From Candidatus Iainarchaeum sp. (GTDB taxonomy: Archaea; Iainarchaeota; Iainarchaeia; Iainarchaeales; JAZDEL01): a DNA stretch of 32,000 nt. This document shows positions 16,519 to 25,184 of the stretch, in pieces. The stretch lies in contig JAZDEL010000004.1 in NCBI GenBank assembly GCA_043808785.1, forward strand, positions 1 to 32,000. Reading direction: 5' to 3'. The notes below the pieces were generated by a model that worked only from the letters and a program-made list of their open reading frames with translations, was not told the DNA's origin and made no database searches. The number at the start of each line of letters is the position of its first letter. Position 1 is the stretch's first letter. The position numbers were made by a program, and so were the translations under genes.

Positions 16519-16649
16519 TGCGTCGGCGCGGTTTTTGCATGTGCGGGTTTTTGGTGCAATCGTCTAAGGTTTTTTGCCAAAAAAACCGAACATAACGCGT
16601 GGGAGAAGGGTTAAATATCACCTGAAACAAAGTCTATCGGGGAAAGGAA

Positions 16650-18065
16650 ATGGCGTGGTTCGGGTTCAGGAAGAAGGGCACGCTTGGGAAGCGCCATGAG
16701 GGCGAGGCGCTGAGGCGGATGCACGGCGCGCTCTCGAACATGGGCGCGGATAAGGGCGAAAACATGGGGAGGCGCATCGAGGCGTGGAATAAAAAGCATG
16801 AGATAAAGGCAGCGCTCAGTGGCGCGCGGGGCGCAAACACTGATTCCATGCTGCACGATTACATGGATTACACGGCAAGGTCGGCGCTCGAGGAAACCAG
16901 GCGCGCACTGGAGGGCATTAAAGGCAGCATCCCGGAAGGCAGGAACCCGCGCAGGATAGAATTCGAGCACAAGATGGATGCTGTCGAGGAAATGCTTGAA
17001 AAGCCGGAGGGCAGCACGTGGACAAAGGGCGCGCTTGATGCGCTCGGGGAGTATGTCGGATTCCAGGACAAGAAATGGCTCTTCAAGGACAGGCACAAGA
17101 TTGCGGTGCTGCGGGCGTTCATCGAAAGGGAAGGCGCTGCTGCGGAGAAAGCCGCGGAGAAGCTTGCCGAAGAAAAACGGAAGGATGCCGCACCCATGAA
17201 GAGGAAAATCCCGGAAAAGGAGGCGCGGGAGGCGGCAAAGAATGCGCTAATCGAGATAAGGAGGCAACTGATGGTCAAAGAGGGCACCGCCCCGTTTGGC
17301 AACATCAGGACGCTGACGCAGGCGATAAAAAGCGGAAAGCTCAACGCGGTTTCCGCGAGTTTCCTCAGGCTGCATATTGCGCGGCTTGAAAAAATGAACC
17401 GGCAAAATCCAGAGATAGAGGCGCTCAGGGAGTTCCTGAGGAAAGAAAGCCGCGTGCCTGAACAGCGCAGCAAACCTGGACACGGCGAACCTGCGCAGAC
17501 AGGGAGGGAGTATGCGGTAGCCCTTCTTGAGAAGGCGATAAAGGGGACGGGCTCGATGAACTTTATGAAGGAGCTTGTCGAAGCCGCGGACGGCAGCAGC
17601 TGGGGGCCGCGCGCAAAAAACATAGTGCACATGCGCATAACGGAACTTAAAAGGAATGCGCCGAAATCCCGAGAACTGGCAGAACTGAAAAAGTTCGTGA
17701 AGGGCAGGGATTTCTCGGCATCGGAACAGCGCGCGCCTGATGCGCCGAAGGCAAAAAAGCAGGGCCCGCTGTCGAAGTTCTTTTCGGGCAAAGTGTTACG
17801 GCGGCCCCTGCCCAAGGAAATAACCGGCGCCCTTGTGCGGATGGGCCACGAGCCCCCGAAGGGCGGGAATCTTGATGAGAGTGCCGTGAAAGTTATAAAG
17901 TTGGAATACAATTTTCTCGTGAATGAACTGGCAAAAAACAACGTGGCTTTGGCAAAAACTAGCGACAAGGAAAAAGCCGGAATGCTGCTGAAGAAAAACA
18001 ATGACATAAGGAGGGAATTGGAAATAATAGGGCCTTTCGCAAAGGTAAATGCCCGCAGAAGGTGA
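16650..18065 (+). CDS. Orphan K/E/R/A-rich, predicted all-helical protein with three degenerate internal repeats
   Basis: The ORF is 471 aa and is preceded by GGGGAAAGGA. The repeat tails are HKIAVLRAFIEREG, PEIEALREFLRKES and RELAELKKFVKGRD, with similar preceding segments (LHIARLEKMNRQNP versus VHMRITELKRNAPK). No TM segment or signal peptide is present. Confidence 0.7.
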   Translation: MAWFGFRKKGTLGKRHEGEALRRMHGALSNMGADKGENMGRRIEAWNKKHEIKAALSGARGANTDSMLHDYMDYTARSALEETRRALEGIKGSIPEGRNPRRIEFEHKMDAVEEMLEKPEGSTWTKGALDALGEYVGFQDKKWLFKDRHKIAVLRAFIEREGAAAEKAAEKLAEEKRKDAAPMKRKIPEKEAREAAKNALIEIRRQLMVKEGTAPFGNIRTLTQAIKSGKLNAVSASFLRLHIARLEKMNRQNPEIEALREFLRKESRVPEQRSKPGHGEPAQTGREYAVALLEKAIKGTGSMNFMKELVEAADGSSWGPRAKNIVHMRITELKRNAPKSRELAELKKFVKGRDFSASEQRAPDAPKAKKQGPLSKFFSGKVLRRPLPKEITGALVRMGHEPPKGGNLDESAVKVIKLEYNFLVNELAKNNVALAKTSDKEKAGMLLKKNNDIRRELEIIGPFAKVNARRR

Positions 18066-18124
18066 AGGGCATCCTTAAAAACAGGAAAGCGCATTATAAT
18101 TCACGGGTAAAAAAGGTGTTTTTT

Positions 18125-18322
18125 ATGCCTTCTGAAAAAATAACCATAGCGCAAAGGCAGAAGATGGGCAGGATTCTCGGCGAGATGGAAAGGAAATTGA
18201 AGGAACTCGACAGGCTGCGCGCGGATTTGAAGAAGGAGAAGTTCGGCAGGGTTTCGCCGCAGAAGTCCAAAGCCATGCTCGAGGAAATCAAGGTGCCGGC
18301 GCTGGAACTGATTAAGGACTAG
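18125..18322 (+). CDS. Small hypothetical coiled-coil protein (65 aa)
   Basis: The ATG at 18125 gives MPSEKITIAQRQKMGRILGEMERKLKELDRLRADLKKEKF..., a charged heptad-like sequence. The gene is co-directional with both neighbours. Confidence 0.5.
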   Translation: MPSEKITIAQRQKMGRILGEMERKLKELDRLRADLKKEKFGRVSPQKSKAMLEEIKVPALELIKD

Positions 18323-18345
18323 TGCGCTTTTGTGTGGCAACGTTT

Positions 18346-18711
18346 ATGCCGGGGTTACTGAACAAAACCAAAAAAAACACAATCGCGCGCGAGGTAAGGT
18401 TCGCGCGCACCTCTTTTGCGCGCGCGAAGGGGCTGATGTTCGAGCGCGCGGAAAATTTCAATTATGCGCTCGTGTTCGAACTTGAGGAGGAAACGCGCAT
18501 CGGCGCGAGCGTGCACATGATGTTTGTTTTCTTTCCGATTGATATTGCGTATTTGAACCCGAAGCGCGAGGTTGTGGATTTGGTGCACGGGCTGAAGCCG
18601 TGGGCGCTGAACTACACGCCGAAAAAGGCGGCGAAGTATTTTGTGGAGATGCCTGCGGGGACCGCAAGGGGAAAAGGCATAACGCTTGGCGATACCCTGT
18701 CGTGGCAATAA
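18346..18711 (+). CDS. DUF192-family protein
   Basis: KGLMFERAENFNYALVFELEEE...MFVFFPIDIAYLN...LKPWALNYTPKKAAKYFVEMPAG matches the DUF192 pattern. The ATG at 18346 is preferred over the GTG at 18322. Confidence 0.8.
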   Translation: MPGLLNKTKKNTIAREVRFARTSFARAKGLMFERAENFNYALVFELEEETRIGASVHMMFVFFPIDIAYLNPKREVVDLVHGLKPWALNYTPKKAAKYFVEMPAGTARGKGITLGDTLSWQ

Positions 18712-19004
18712 AAATAAAAAAGGGGGATAAAGGGGGAAGGCCGTAAGCGGAATGCAGGACATTCCTCAGCCTTCCTCCTAGCCTTTTGTCTTCGTGTGCA
18801 GAATTCGGGGGTGATATTGTCCCTTATTCGCGTAATAAGTGTGCCCTATTCGGTTTAATGATTATGGTGTTCGGGAACCGAACCAGGCACTTACGGCGGA
18901 GTTAGGAAAGGGCGGGAATTGGATTGACATAATTTTTAAGGCTTCCGCAGTTATATTATTCCAGGGAGCAATGGCGTTTACCTGATTGTGCAAGGGGCGG
19001 GAAA

Positions 19005-19211
19005 TTGGACCTATCACAGTACACCAAAAGGCAGCCGTCGCAGGGCGGCTACAGGCGCGGGATGGACCCGACAGCGGCGAAGATTCTCGGCGCGCCAAAA
19101 TACTGCAGGAACTGCGGAAAGGAGCTGAACCAGGAAGGGAAGGATTACCTTTTTTACCAGAGGTTCTGCTCGGATTCGTGCAGGGAGAAGTACATTTACA
19201 GCCAGAAGTAA
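19005..19211 (+). CDS. Small zinc-ribbon protein, DUF2116-like
   Basis: CRNCGKEL...FCSDSCREKY forms a CxxC...CxxxC pattern. The start may instead be the internal ATG at 19062. Confidence 0.55.
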   Translation: MDLSQYTKRQPSQGGYRRGMDPTAAKILGAPKYCRNCGKELNQEGKDYLFYQRFCSDSCREKYIYSQK

Positions 19212-19340
19212 TCGCGCGCAGGGGAAAAATTTTCCCTGCAGCGGCTCTTTTTGAAATGGTTTTCCGCCTAGCCTCTGCACAAAACCCTTAAAAAAGGTTC
19301 CGACCAATAGTTAGACAATTGACGTAATTCTGGTGTTTGG

Positions 19341-20900
19341 TTGGAAACTGTTAGGCGTGGGCAGGTTTCATTTGCGGGCGAGCCAGGGCATAACCCGCAG
19401 CAAAGTTGCGGAGCGGGAAGTGTTGAGGAAATACTCGGCTGGGGCATAAGCAGGATTGGGGAAGGCGCGGGGAGGGTGCTTAGGCAGGGTGGCAGGCATG
19501 CAATAATCCGCTGCAGGGGAGGGGAAAGGGTTTACTGCATCGAGGGTTTCCCGAACCTTACAAGGGGCGAGGCGCTTGCGATACGCGGGATAATGGAGAG
19601 GTTCAGGGAGCGGCAGGAACTTGAACAACATAAGTTTAACGCCAGTGCAATCGAAAAGGCGCTTAACGAATACTGCGCAAAGGAACTGCTCGAACTTGAC
19701 AGCGACCAGCGCGAATATCTTCTCTCTGTACTGCACCGCATGGTTTTCGGCTTCGGCGTGCTTTCGGAACTGCTGGATGATGACGCAATAGAGGAGATTG
19801 CCGTAATCGGCCTCGGCAAGGAGAAGCCCGTGCATGTTTACGAGCGGAGTTTCGGCTGGCTGCGCACGAACATTTATTTCTCGAGCGAAACTGTTGTGAG
19901 GAATTTAGTGAACAGGATGGGGATGCAGATAGGGAGGAGGCTTGCGATGCAAACCCCGAGGATGAATGCCGTACTTCCCGACGGCAGCAGGCTGAACGCG
20001 TGCATAGAGCCTGTCGCTTTCTCCGGGCCGTGCGTGACGATAAGGAAGTTCAGGAAGAAGCCGTTCACGCCAGCGGAACTCGCTGCGAACCGCACGATAA
20101 GCGCGGAAGCGCTGGCGTTCCTCTGGATGGCGATGCAGACCGACGTGTCCGTGGTTATCTGCGGGAACACGGGCAGCGGTAAAACAACCACAATGAATGC
20201 GCTGTTTTCGTTCATTCCCGCTGCGGAGCGGATAATAGTTACGGAGGAAACGCCGGAGATAAGCCTGCCGCACGCGCATGTGGTGAAACTGAACACCGCG
20301 GAGAATCTGGGCATCGGGATGGATGCGCTGATAACGGATTCGCTGAGGATGAGGCCTGACAGGGTAATTGTAGGGGAGGTGAGGAACGGCGAGGAATTAG
20401 GGGCGTTCGTGAACACGATTCTCGCCGGGCAGGGCAAGGGTTCTTACGCGACTTTTCACGCGCAGTCCGCCGCGGAGTGCATCGCAAGGATGAGAAAACT
20501 TGGGGTAATGGAAATCGACCTCTCGGCAATAGACCTCATAGTTGTGCAGAAGCGCTGGAACAGGGTTTCAGCGCGCGGGAATTCGGAGGTGAGGAAGGTT
20601 GTGGAGATTGCTGAGGTAAGCGGGAGCGCGGGGAACGGGAAACTTGCGGGGGAAAGCGGGGACACGGGAAAGGCGAAACTGAACACGCTTTTTGCTTTTG
20701 ATTATGCAAAGGATGCGCTTGTGAGGAAGAACCCGAGCGAGAAGGTTATGGAGAAGATGCTGCGCACCTACCCGGCAGGCAGGGCGGGCATTGAAAAGGA
20801 AATGCGCGGAAGGGAATTCCTGATAAGGTCGCTGGCGGGAAAGGAAATCGGCATGGGCGAATTCTTCACGCGGATAAATAAAGGCGGCGGGGCGGAATAA
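19341..20900 (+). CDS. Type II/IV secretion-family ATPase (archaeal FlaI/PilB / TadA-like)
   Basis: The Walker A motif GNTGSGKTT is at 20163-20189. Also present are RIIVTEETPEI and DSLRMRPDRVIVGEVRNGEE. The start is uncertain because the ORF opens with TTG at 19341 and there is no in-frame ATG for about 85 codons. Confidence 0.85.
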   Translation: METVRRGQVSFAGEPGHNPQQSCGAGSVEEILGWGISRIGEGAGRVLRQGGRHAIIRCRGGERVYCIEGFPNLTRGEALAIRGIMERFRERQELEQHKFNASAIEKALNEYCAKELLELDSDQREYLLSVLHRMVFGFGVLSELLDDDAIEEIAVIGLGKEKPVHVYERSFGWLRTNIYFSSETVVRNLVNRMGMQIGRRLAMQTPRMNAVLPDGSRLNACIEPVAFSGPCVTIRKFRKKPFTPAELAANRTISAEALAFLWMAMQTDVSVVICGNTGSGKTTTMNALFSFIPAAERIIVTEETPEISLPHAHVVKLNTAENLGIGMDALITDSLRMRPDRVIVGEVRNGEELGAFVNTILAGQGKGSYATFHAQSAAECIARMRKLGVMEIDLSAIDLIVVQKRWNRVSARGNSEVRKVVEIAEVSGSAGNGKLAGESGDTGKAKLNTLFAFDYAKDALVRKNPSEKVMEKMLRTYPAGRAGIEKEMRGREFLIRSLAGKEIGMGEFFTRINKGGGAE

Positions 20901-21704
20901 TTGGCGAACAGCATCGACGCCGCGCTTGGCGCGCTGGAATCAAGCCTGAAAAAATCCGGCTCAAAAGAGGGGGCGCAGGATTATTTTTCGAAATGCGTTA
21001 AGTACGCGGCGCTTGCATTCGTGCTTTCCGTTTTCGCCTGCGCGCTTTTCAGCGAGGATTTTGCGTTCGCGCTGCTGGGAGGGTGCATTGTGTCTGGGGC
21101 GCTGTTTGCATTCCTACTCATGCGCCCTTCCATGCTCGCCTCGAAAAAGGCGCAGCTGATCGAGCGTGATTTGCCCTTCGCGCTGATGGCGATGAGCGTG
21201 GAACTGAACATAAAAGTGCCTTTTGAGAAGGTGCTTGAGAACGCAACAAGGGGCGGAGGCGTGCTTGCTTCTGAATTCCGCAGGGCTGTTGCCGATGTGA
21301 AGGAAGGGAGCGCCTCGATACAGGAAGCATTGTTCGCGCTCGGGGAGAGGGCCGATTCATTGATGCTGAGGAGGAGCATTTCGCAATTGAGCGGGATTTA
21401 CGAGCACGGTTATGGAGGGGAGGCGGTGAGGAGGATTGCCGCGGAGCAATTGGCGAAACAGCGCGCGGTTTCGAAGGAATTTTCGGGCAAGCTTGTGCTG
21501 TTTTCGCTTATGTTCATTGCCGTTTCCGCGATTGTGCCCGCGCTGTTCCTTGCGTTCATTGCTGTGGGGAGCATGTTCATGGAAATGGATTTCACTGCAC
21601 AGCAGGTTTTGCTTATTGCGGTGCTGGGCTTCCCTGCAGTGGACCTTGCAATGCTTGCCTGGATAAGGGGAAAGACGCCGATGTTTTTGAGGGAGGGGAA
21701 CTGA
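20901..21704 (+). CDS. T2SSF-domain membrane platform protein, half-size (TadB-like)
   Basis: It has a single T2SSF-like module (ERDLPFALMAMSVELN...IQEALFALGER...SGKLVLFSLMFIAVSAIVPALF) and N- and C-terminal TM segments. The TTG start lies directly after the ATPase stop codon. Confidence 0.75.
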   Translation: MANSIDAALGALESSLKKSGSKEGAQDYFSKCVKYAALAFVLSVFACALFSEDFAFALLGGCIVSGALFAFLLMRPSMLASKKAQLIERDLPFALMAMSVELNIKVPFEKVLENATRGGGVLASEFRRAVADVKEGSASIQEALFALGERADSLMLRRSISQLSGIYEHGYGGEAVRRIAAEQLAKQRAVSKEFSGKLVLFSLMFIAVSAIVPALFLAFIAVGSMFMEMDFTAQQVLLIAVLGFPAVDLAMLAWIRGKTPMFLREGN

Positions 21705-22618
21705 TGGGCATGCTCGGCTACTTTGTCAAGCCTGAAAAACTGCGCGGGTTCGAGGAAATGCTGCGCATGCAAAATCAGAAATCTGAATTGCGCACGTGGT
21801 TCAGGCGCAACATTGTTGTGGGGGCGGGGTGCTTCATAATCGCGCTCTGCGTTCTCATCTATGCGCAGGCTGGAGACTTCTACATAACCATGCTCCCGTT
21901 CTGCGCATTCGCCGCTCCCTTCATTGCCTCGTATTTCATCGCCGTTTACAAATTCGAGCGCAGGAAGCGCTCTATTGAAGCGCTCGTTCCTGACGTGCTG
22001 CTGCAGGCGAGCATTTTCCCCAAGGGGACGCCCGCTGGCAGGATTATCAAATACCTCGCGCGCGCGGATTACGGGCAACTTTCCGCGGAATTTGAAATCG
22101 CGCACAGGAAAATCGAGAACTCCGCTTCCGTGGAGGAGGCGCTCAATGACATGAAGCGCAGGAACCGCAGCAGGGTTCTTGTGCGCGCGCTCGACCTGCT
22201 GCTTGAAGGCTATAATTCAGGGGCGGATATGGGGCAGACATTCAAGGAGGCCGCTGAGGATTTGCTGGAAACAAACAGCATAATCCGCGAGCGGGTTTCA
22301 AGCATGGTTGTGGAGAAATACACCCTGCTTTTTGCGGGCGGCATCATTGTTCCGCTCGTGCTTGGGCTTATTGTCGGGCTTGTTTCCGGGCTTGACTTTG
22401 CGAATGTGGGGGAACTCGGAATAGGGATGGACGCCGCAAGAAGGGCGGAAATGATTTCCGCCTCCCTCCTTGCAAACCAGGTTTACATTGCGGAGTACGC
22501 GCTCATCGCCTCTCTCTTCGTCGCAAACCAGGAGGGGAATATGAAAAATGCGATTGTTTACGCGGCGCTGCTGCTGCCCTTGAGCGTGATTGTTTACAAT
22601 TTGGCGCAGGCGCTGTGA
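21704..22618 (+). CDS. T2SSF-domain membrane platform protein, half-size (TadC-like)
   Basis: It has a single T2SSF-like module (VPDVLLQASIF...VEEALNDMKRRN...MGQTFKEAAEDLLE...) plus TM segments. Its ATG overlaps the upstream stop codon (ATGA). Confidence 0.75.
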   Translation: MGMLGYFVKPEKLRGFEEMLRMQNQKSELRTWFRRNIVVGAGCFIIALCVLIYAQAGDFYITMLPFCAFAAPFIASYFIAVYKFERRKRSIEALVPDVLLQASIFPKGTPAGRIIKYLARADYGQLSAEFEIAHRKIENSASVEEALNDMKRRNRSRVLVRALDLLLEGYNSGADMGQTFKEAAEDLLETNSIIRERVSSMVVEKYTLLFAGGIIVPLVLGLIVGLVSGLDFANVGELGIGMDAARRAEMISASLLANQVYIAEYALIASLFVANQEGNMKNAIVYAALLLPLSVIVYNLAQAL

Positions 22619-22797
22619 GCGCATGCACGGGACCCTGAATGCGCGCACAGCATTGCCGCACGCATCCTGCACGCATGCCGCAAAAACCGCGCAGGCGAAC
22701 CATGCCGCGCGCATTATTTTTTTGTTGCGCGGTTCGGTAACCCGCGGCAAAACAATTAAATACCCCTACTCCCATCTAATTAGCGCGGTGAAAAGGC

Positions 22798-23553
22798 ATG
22801 GTGAAATTCGAGCACGAAATAAAGTTCGTCGAGTACAGGAAAAAGGACCTGAGCCAGTACACGCTTGTGGAGGGCTTCCCGGGCATGGGGCTTGTGGGGA
22901 CAATTGCGGCGAAATACCTTATTGAGAAGCTCAAGCTCGAGCAGTACGGGTACATAGATTCCAACATATTCATGCCCATAATAAGGATTCACAAGGGCAT
23001 TCCCATAAACCCTTCGCGGATTTACATTGACGAGGAAAGGAAACTGCTTGTCCTGCTTTCCGAACAGATAATTCCGCGCAAGTACACCGCATACATGGCG
23101 CGGGCGGTCGTGGAATGGATAAAGGAGAAGAAAATCAAGGAAGTGATTTCGCTTTCAGGCATACACTCGGACACGGGCACGGGGCAGAAGGATGCCGTTT
23201 ATGGAATCGCATCAAACAGCGATGATGTGAAACTCCTGAAGAAGCACGAACTCGAAATTATAGAGGACGGGATAACGACCGGGATAACCGCGATTATGCT
23301 CCTGCAGTTGGGCAACGAGAAGATACAGGCTTTCTCGATAATGGGCAACGTGAAAATTGCCGCGGATTACGAGGCCGCGGCGGCGATAATAAAGAAACTC
23401 AACGAAATGCTGGGAATTGACGTTGAAATCGAGCCGCTTATGAAGGAAGCGAAGAAAACAGAGGAAGAACTTGTGGAGCAGTTAAAGAAAATGCAGCGCA
23501 CAACGGACAGCACGCAGAAGTTCGAGGAAAAAACCCCTTCAATGTACGCGTAG
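22798..23553 (+). CDS. PAC2-family proteasome assembly chaperone
   Basis: LVEGFPGMGLVGTIAAKYLIEKL is the hallmark PAC2 N-terminal motif. The product is 251 aa with an acidic coiled C-terminus. A TATA-like caattaaata lies at 22753-22762, and a GGTGAAAAGG RBS is present. Confidence 0.85.
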   Translation: MVKFEHEIKFVEYRKKDLSQYTLVEGFPGMGLVGTIAAKYLIEKLKLEQYGYIDSNIFMPIIRIHKGIPINPSRIYIDEERKLLVLLSEQIIPRKYTAYMARAVVEWIKEKKIKEVISLSGIHSDTGTGQKDAVYGIASNSDDVKLLKKHELEIIEDGITTGITAIMLLQLGNEKIQAFSIMGNVKIAADYEAAAAIIKKLNEMLGIDVEIEPLMKEAKKTEEELVEQLKKMQRTTDSTQKFEEKTPSMYA

Positions 23554-23613
23554 GCGCGCGGGGCAAGCACGCTATTTTTTCGCAACACCCGAAAAGGGTT
23601 CGTGCGCCGCAGC

Positions 23614-24180
23614 CTATTTTTCCGCAATCCGCAAAAACAGTTCGTGTATCCTTTTGTCGTTTGCCAGTTCGGGATGGAAGGTTGTTGCAAGCAGTTTTCC
23701 GCTGCGGACCATTACGGGCTTGCCCTCGAATTCCGCAAGAATTTCAACCCCCGCGCCAACGCTTTCAATTATCGGCGCGCGTATGAAAATGCCGTGAAAG
23801 GGATTTGAAAAGCCCTTCACATCCAGTTCCGCCTCGAAGCTGTCCTGCTGCGTGCCGTATGCATTGCGGCTGACTGAAATATCGAGGATCGCAAGTGAAT
23901 CCTGCCTGTGGGAGAGGATTCTTTTAGCGAGCACGATTGCCCCCGCGCACGAGCCGTAAATCGCCATGCCCTTTTTGAAGTGGTGCAGGATTGCGCCCTT
24001 CATGCTGCTGCGCTCCATCAGGCGCAGGATTGCCGTGCTTTCCCCGCCGGGAATAACAAAGCCGTGAAGGCCGCGCAAATCCGCGGGAAGCTTCACATGC
24101 GAAACCTGCGCGCCGCAGGAATTCAGCATTTCGTCATGCTCGCGAAAATCGCCCTGAAGGGAAAGAACGCCAATGCGCAT
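23614..24180 (-). CDS. pdxT: Pyridoxal 5'-phosphate synthase, glutaminase subunit
   Basis: MRIGVLSLQGDFREH, FVIPGGESTA, GSCAG and TTFHPEL fit PdxT. The product is 188 aa. Confidence 0.93.
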   Translation of the reverse strand: MRIGVLSLQGDFREHDEMLNSCGAQVSHVKLPADLRGLHGFVIPGGESTAILRLMERSSMKGAILHHFKKGMAIYGSCAGAIVLAKRILSHRQDSLAILDISVSRNAYGTQQDSFEAELDVKGFSNPFHGIFIRAPIIESVGAGVEILAEFEGKPVMVRSGKLLATTFHPELANDKRIHELFLRIAEK

Positions 24181-24246
24181 ATCTGCACCACCAATGCGGC
24201 AATTATGCCGCCTGTGCGCAAGCCGGAAGCACGGCTGCGCTTCCCC

Positions 24247-25131
24247 TTACCTTCCGCGCTCCTGCATTCTCGTACTCAGCAGGGCAATCTCAAGGCCCTT
24301 CATTGCCTCGCCTATTCCTTCGGAGGCTTTTGCCACGATTTTCGCATCGGAGAAATGCGTTGTGGCTTCGACAATCGCGTGCGCCCTTTTTTGCGGCTGC
24401 GATGATTTGAAAATTCCCGAACCCACGAAAACGCCGTCCACACCCAGCTGCATCATCATTGCCGCATCTGCGGGAGTTGCAATCCCGCCCGCGGCAAAGT
24501 TCACGACAGGCAGCCTGCCCAAACGGGCGGTTTCCTCCACAAGCGAAACCGGCACGCGGTAATGCCTCGATTTCTCGAGCATTCTCGCATGGCTGCCCTG
24601 CGCCGCCTTCAGTTCCTCAAGGCCGCGGAGCATCTGCCTCATGTGCCTTACCGCCTCGACAACATTTCCCGTGCCTGCCTCTCCCTTTGTGCGTATCATT
24701 GCCGCGCCCTCGTTAATCCTGCGCAGCGCCTCGCCCAAATCCCTTGCACCGCAGACAAATGGCACATTGAATTTGTACTTATCCACGTGCAGTTCCTCGT
24801 CCGCGGGGGTGAGCACTTCGCTTTCATCAATATAATCCACGCCCAGCGCCTCAAGAACCTGCGCCTCGGCAAAGTGCCCTATCCTAACCTTTGCCATGAC
24901 AGGGATTGAAACAGCGCGCATTATTTCCTTTATTATAAGCGGGTCCGCCATGCGCGCAACCCCGCCCGCTGCACGTATGTCCGCGGGAACCCTTTCAAGA
25001 GCCATAACCGCAACCGCACCCGCGCGCTCCGCAATCTTCGCCTGCTTTGCATTGACGACGTCCATTATTACGCCGCCCTTGAGCATCTCCGCAAGGCCGC
25101 GCTTTAACTTGGGCGTGCCCTTCCCCGCCAT
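24247..25131 (-). CDS. pdxS: Pyridoxal 5'-phosphate synthase, lyase subunit
   Basis: From the ATG at 25131, the sequence [64 protein letters not shown] is co-linear from residue 1 with canonical PdxS. That start gives a 294-aa product. Alternative upstream in-frame starts exist at 25140, 25176, 25185 (GTG) and 25242. Confidence 0.9.
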   Translation of the reverse strand: MAGKGTPKLKRGLAEMLKGGVIMDVVNAKQAKIAERAGAVAVMALERVPADIRAAGGVARMADPLIIKEIMRAVSIPVMAKVRIGHFAEAQVLEALGVDYIDESEVLTPADEELHVDKYKFNVPFVCGARDLGEALRRINEGAAMIRTKGEAGTGNVVEAVRHMRQMLRGLEELKAAQGSHARMLEKSRHYRVPVSLVEETARLGRLPVVNFAAGGIATPADAAMMMQLGVDGVFVGSGIFKSSQPQKRAHAIVEATTHFSDAKIVAKASEGIGEAMKGLEIALLSTRMQERGR

Positions 25132-25139
25132 GCCGTGCA
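25115..25139. repeat. Copy A of a perfect 25-nt direct repeat spanning the pdxS start codon
   Basis: gtgcccttccccgccatgccgtgca recurs exactly at 25160-25184. The offset is 45 nt, so the two copies are in frame. Confidence 0.9.
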
Positions 25140-25159
25140 TTGCTGCATGAATGCCCGAG

Positions 25160-25184
25160 GTGCCCTTCCCCGCCATGCCGTGCA
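25160..25184. repeat. Copy B of the perfect 25-nt direct repeat
   Basis: See copy A. Both copies encode HGMAGKGT on the minus strand, and each contains an ATG. Confidence 0.9.

Noticed and set aside
16868-18094. 408-aa minus-strand ORF opposite the K/E-rich gene
   Set aside because: Its S/F/L/A-rich low-complexity sequence is the expected mirror image of a K/E/A-rich coding strand. The plus-strand ORF has an RBS and matches the orientation of the neighbouring genes.
18740-18897. 8-bp inverted repeat gccgtaag / cttacggc about 150 nt apart, which might close a structured RNA
   Set aside because: An 8-bp match at that distance within a gap of about 290 nt is roughly what chance predicts, and the complementarity does not extend further.
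18961-18974. ccagggagcaatgg, resembling the conserved SRP RNA helix-8 strand (GGGAGCAACGG)
   Set aside because: There is no GNAR tetraloop, no complementary 5' strand and no Alu-domain-like 5' region nearby. The surrounding sequence is A/T-rich promoter-like DNA.
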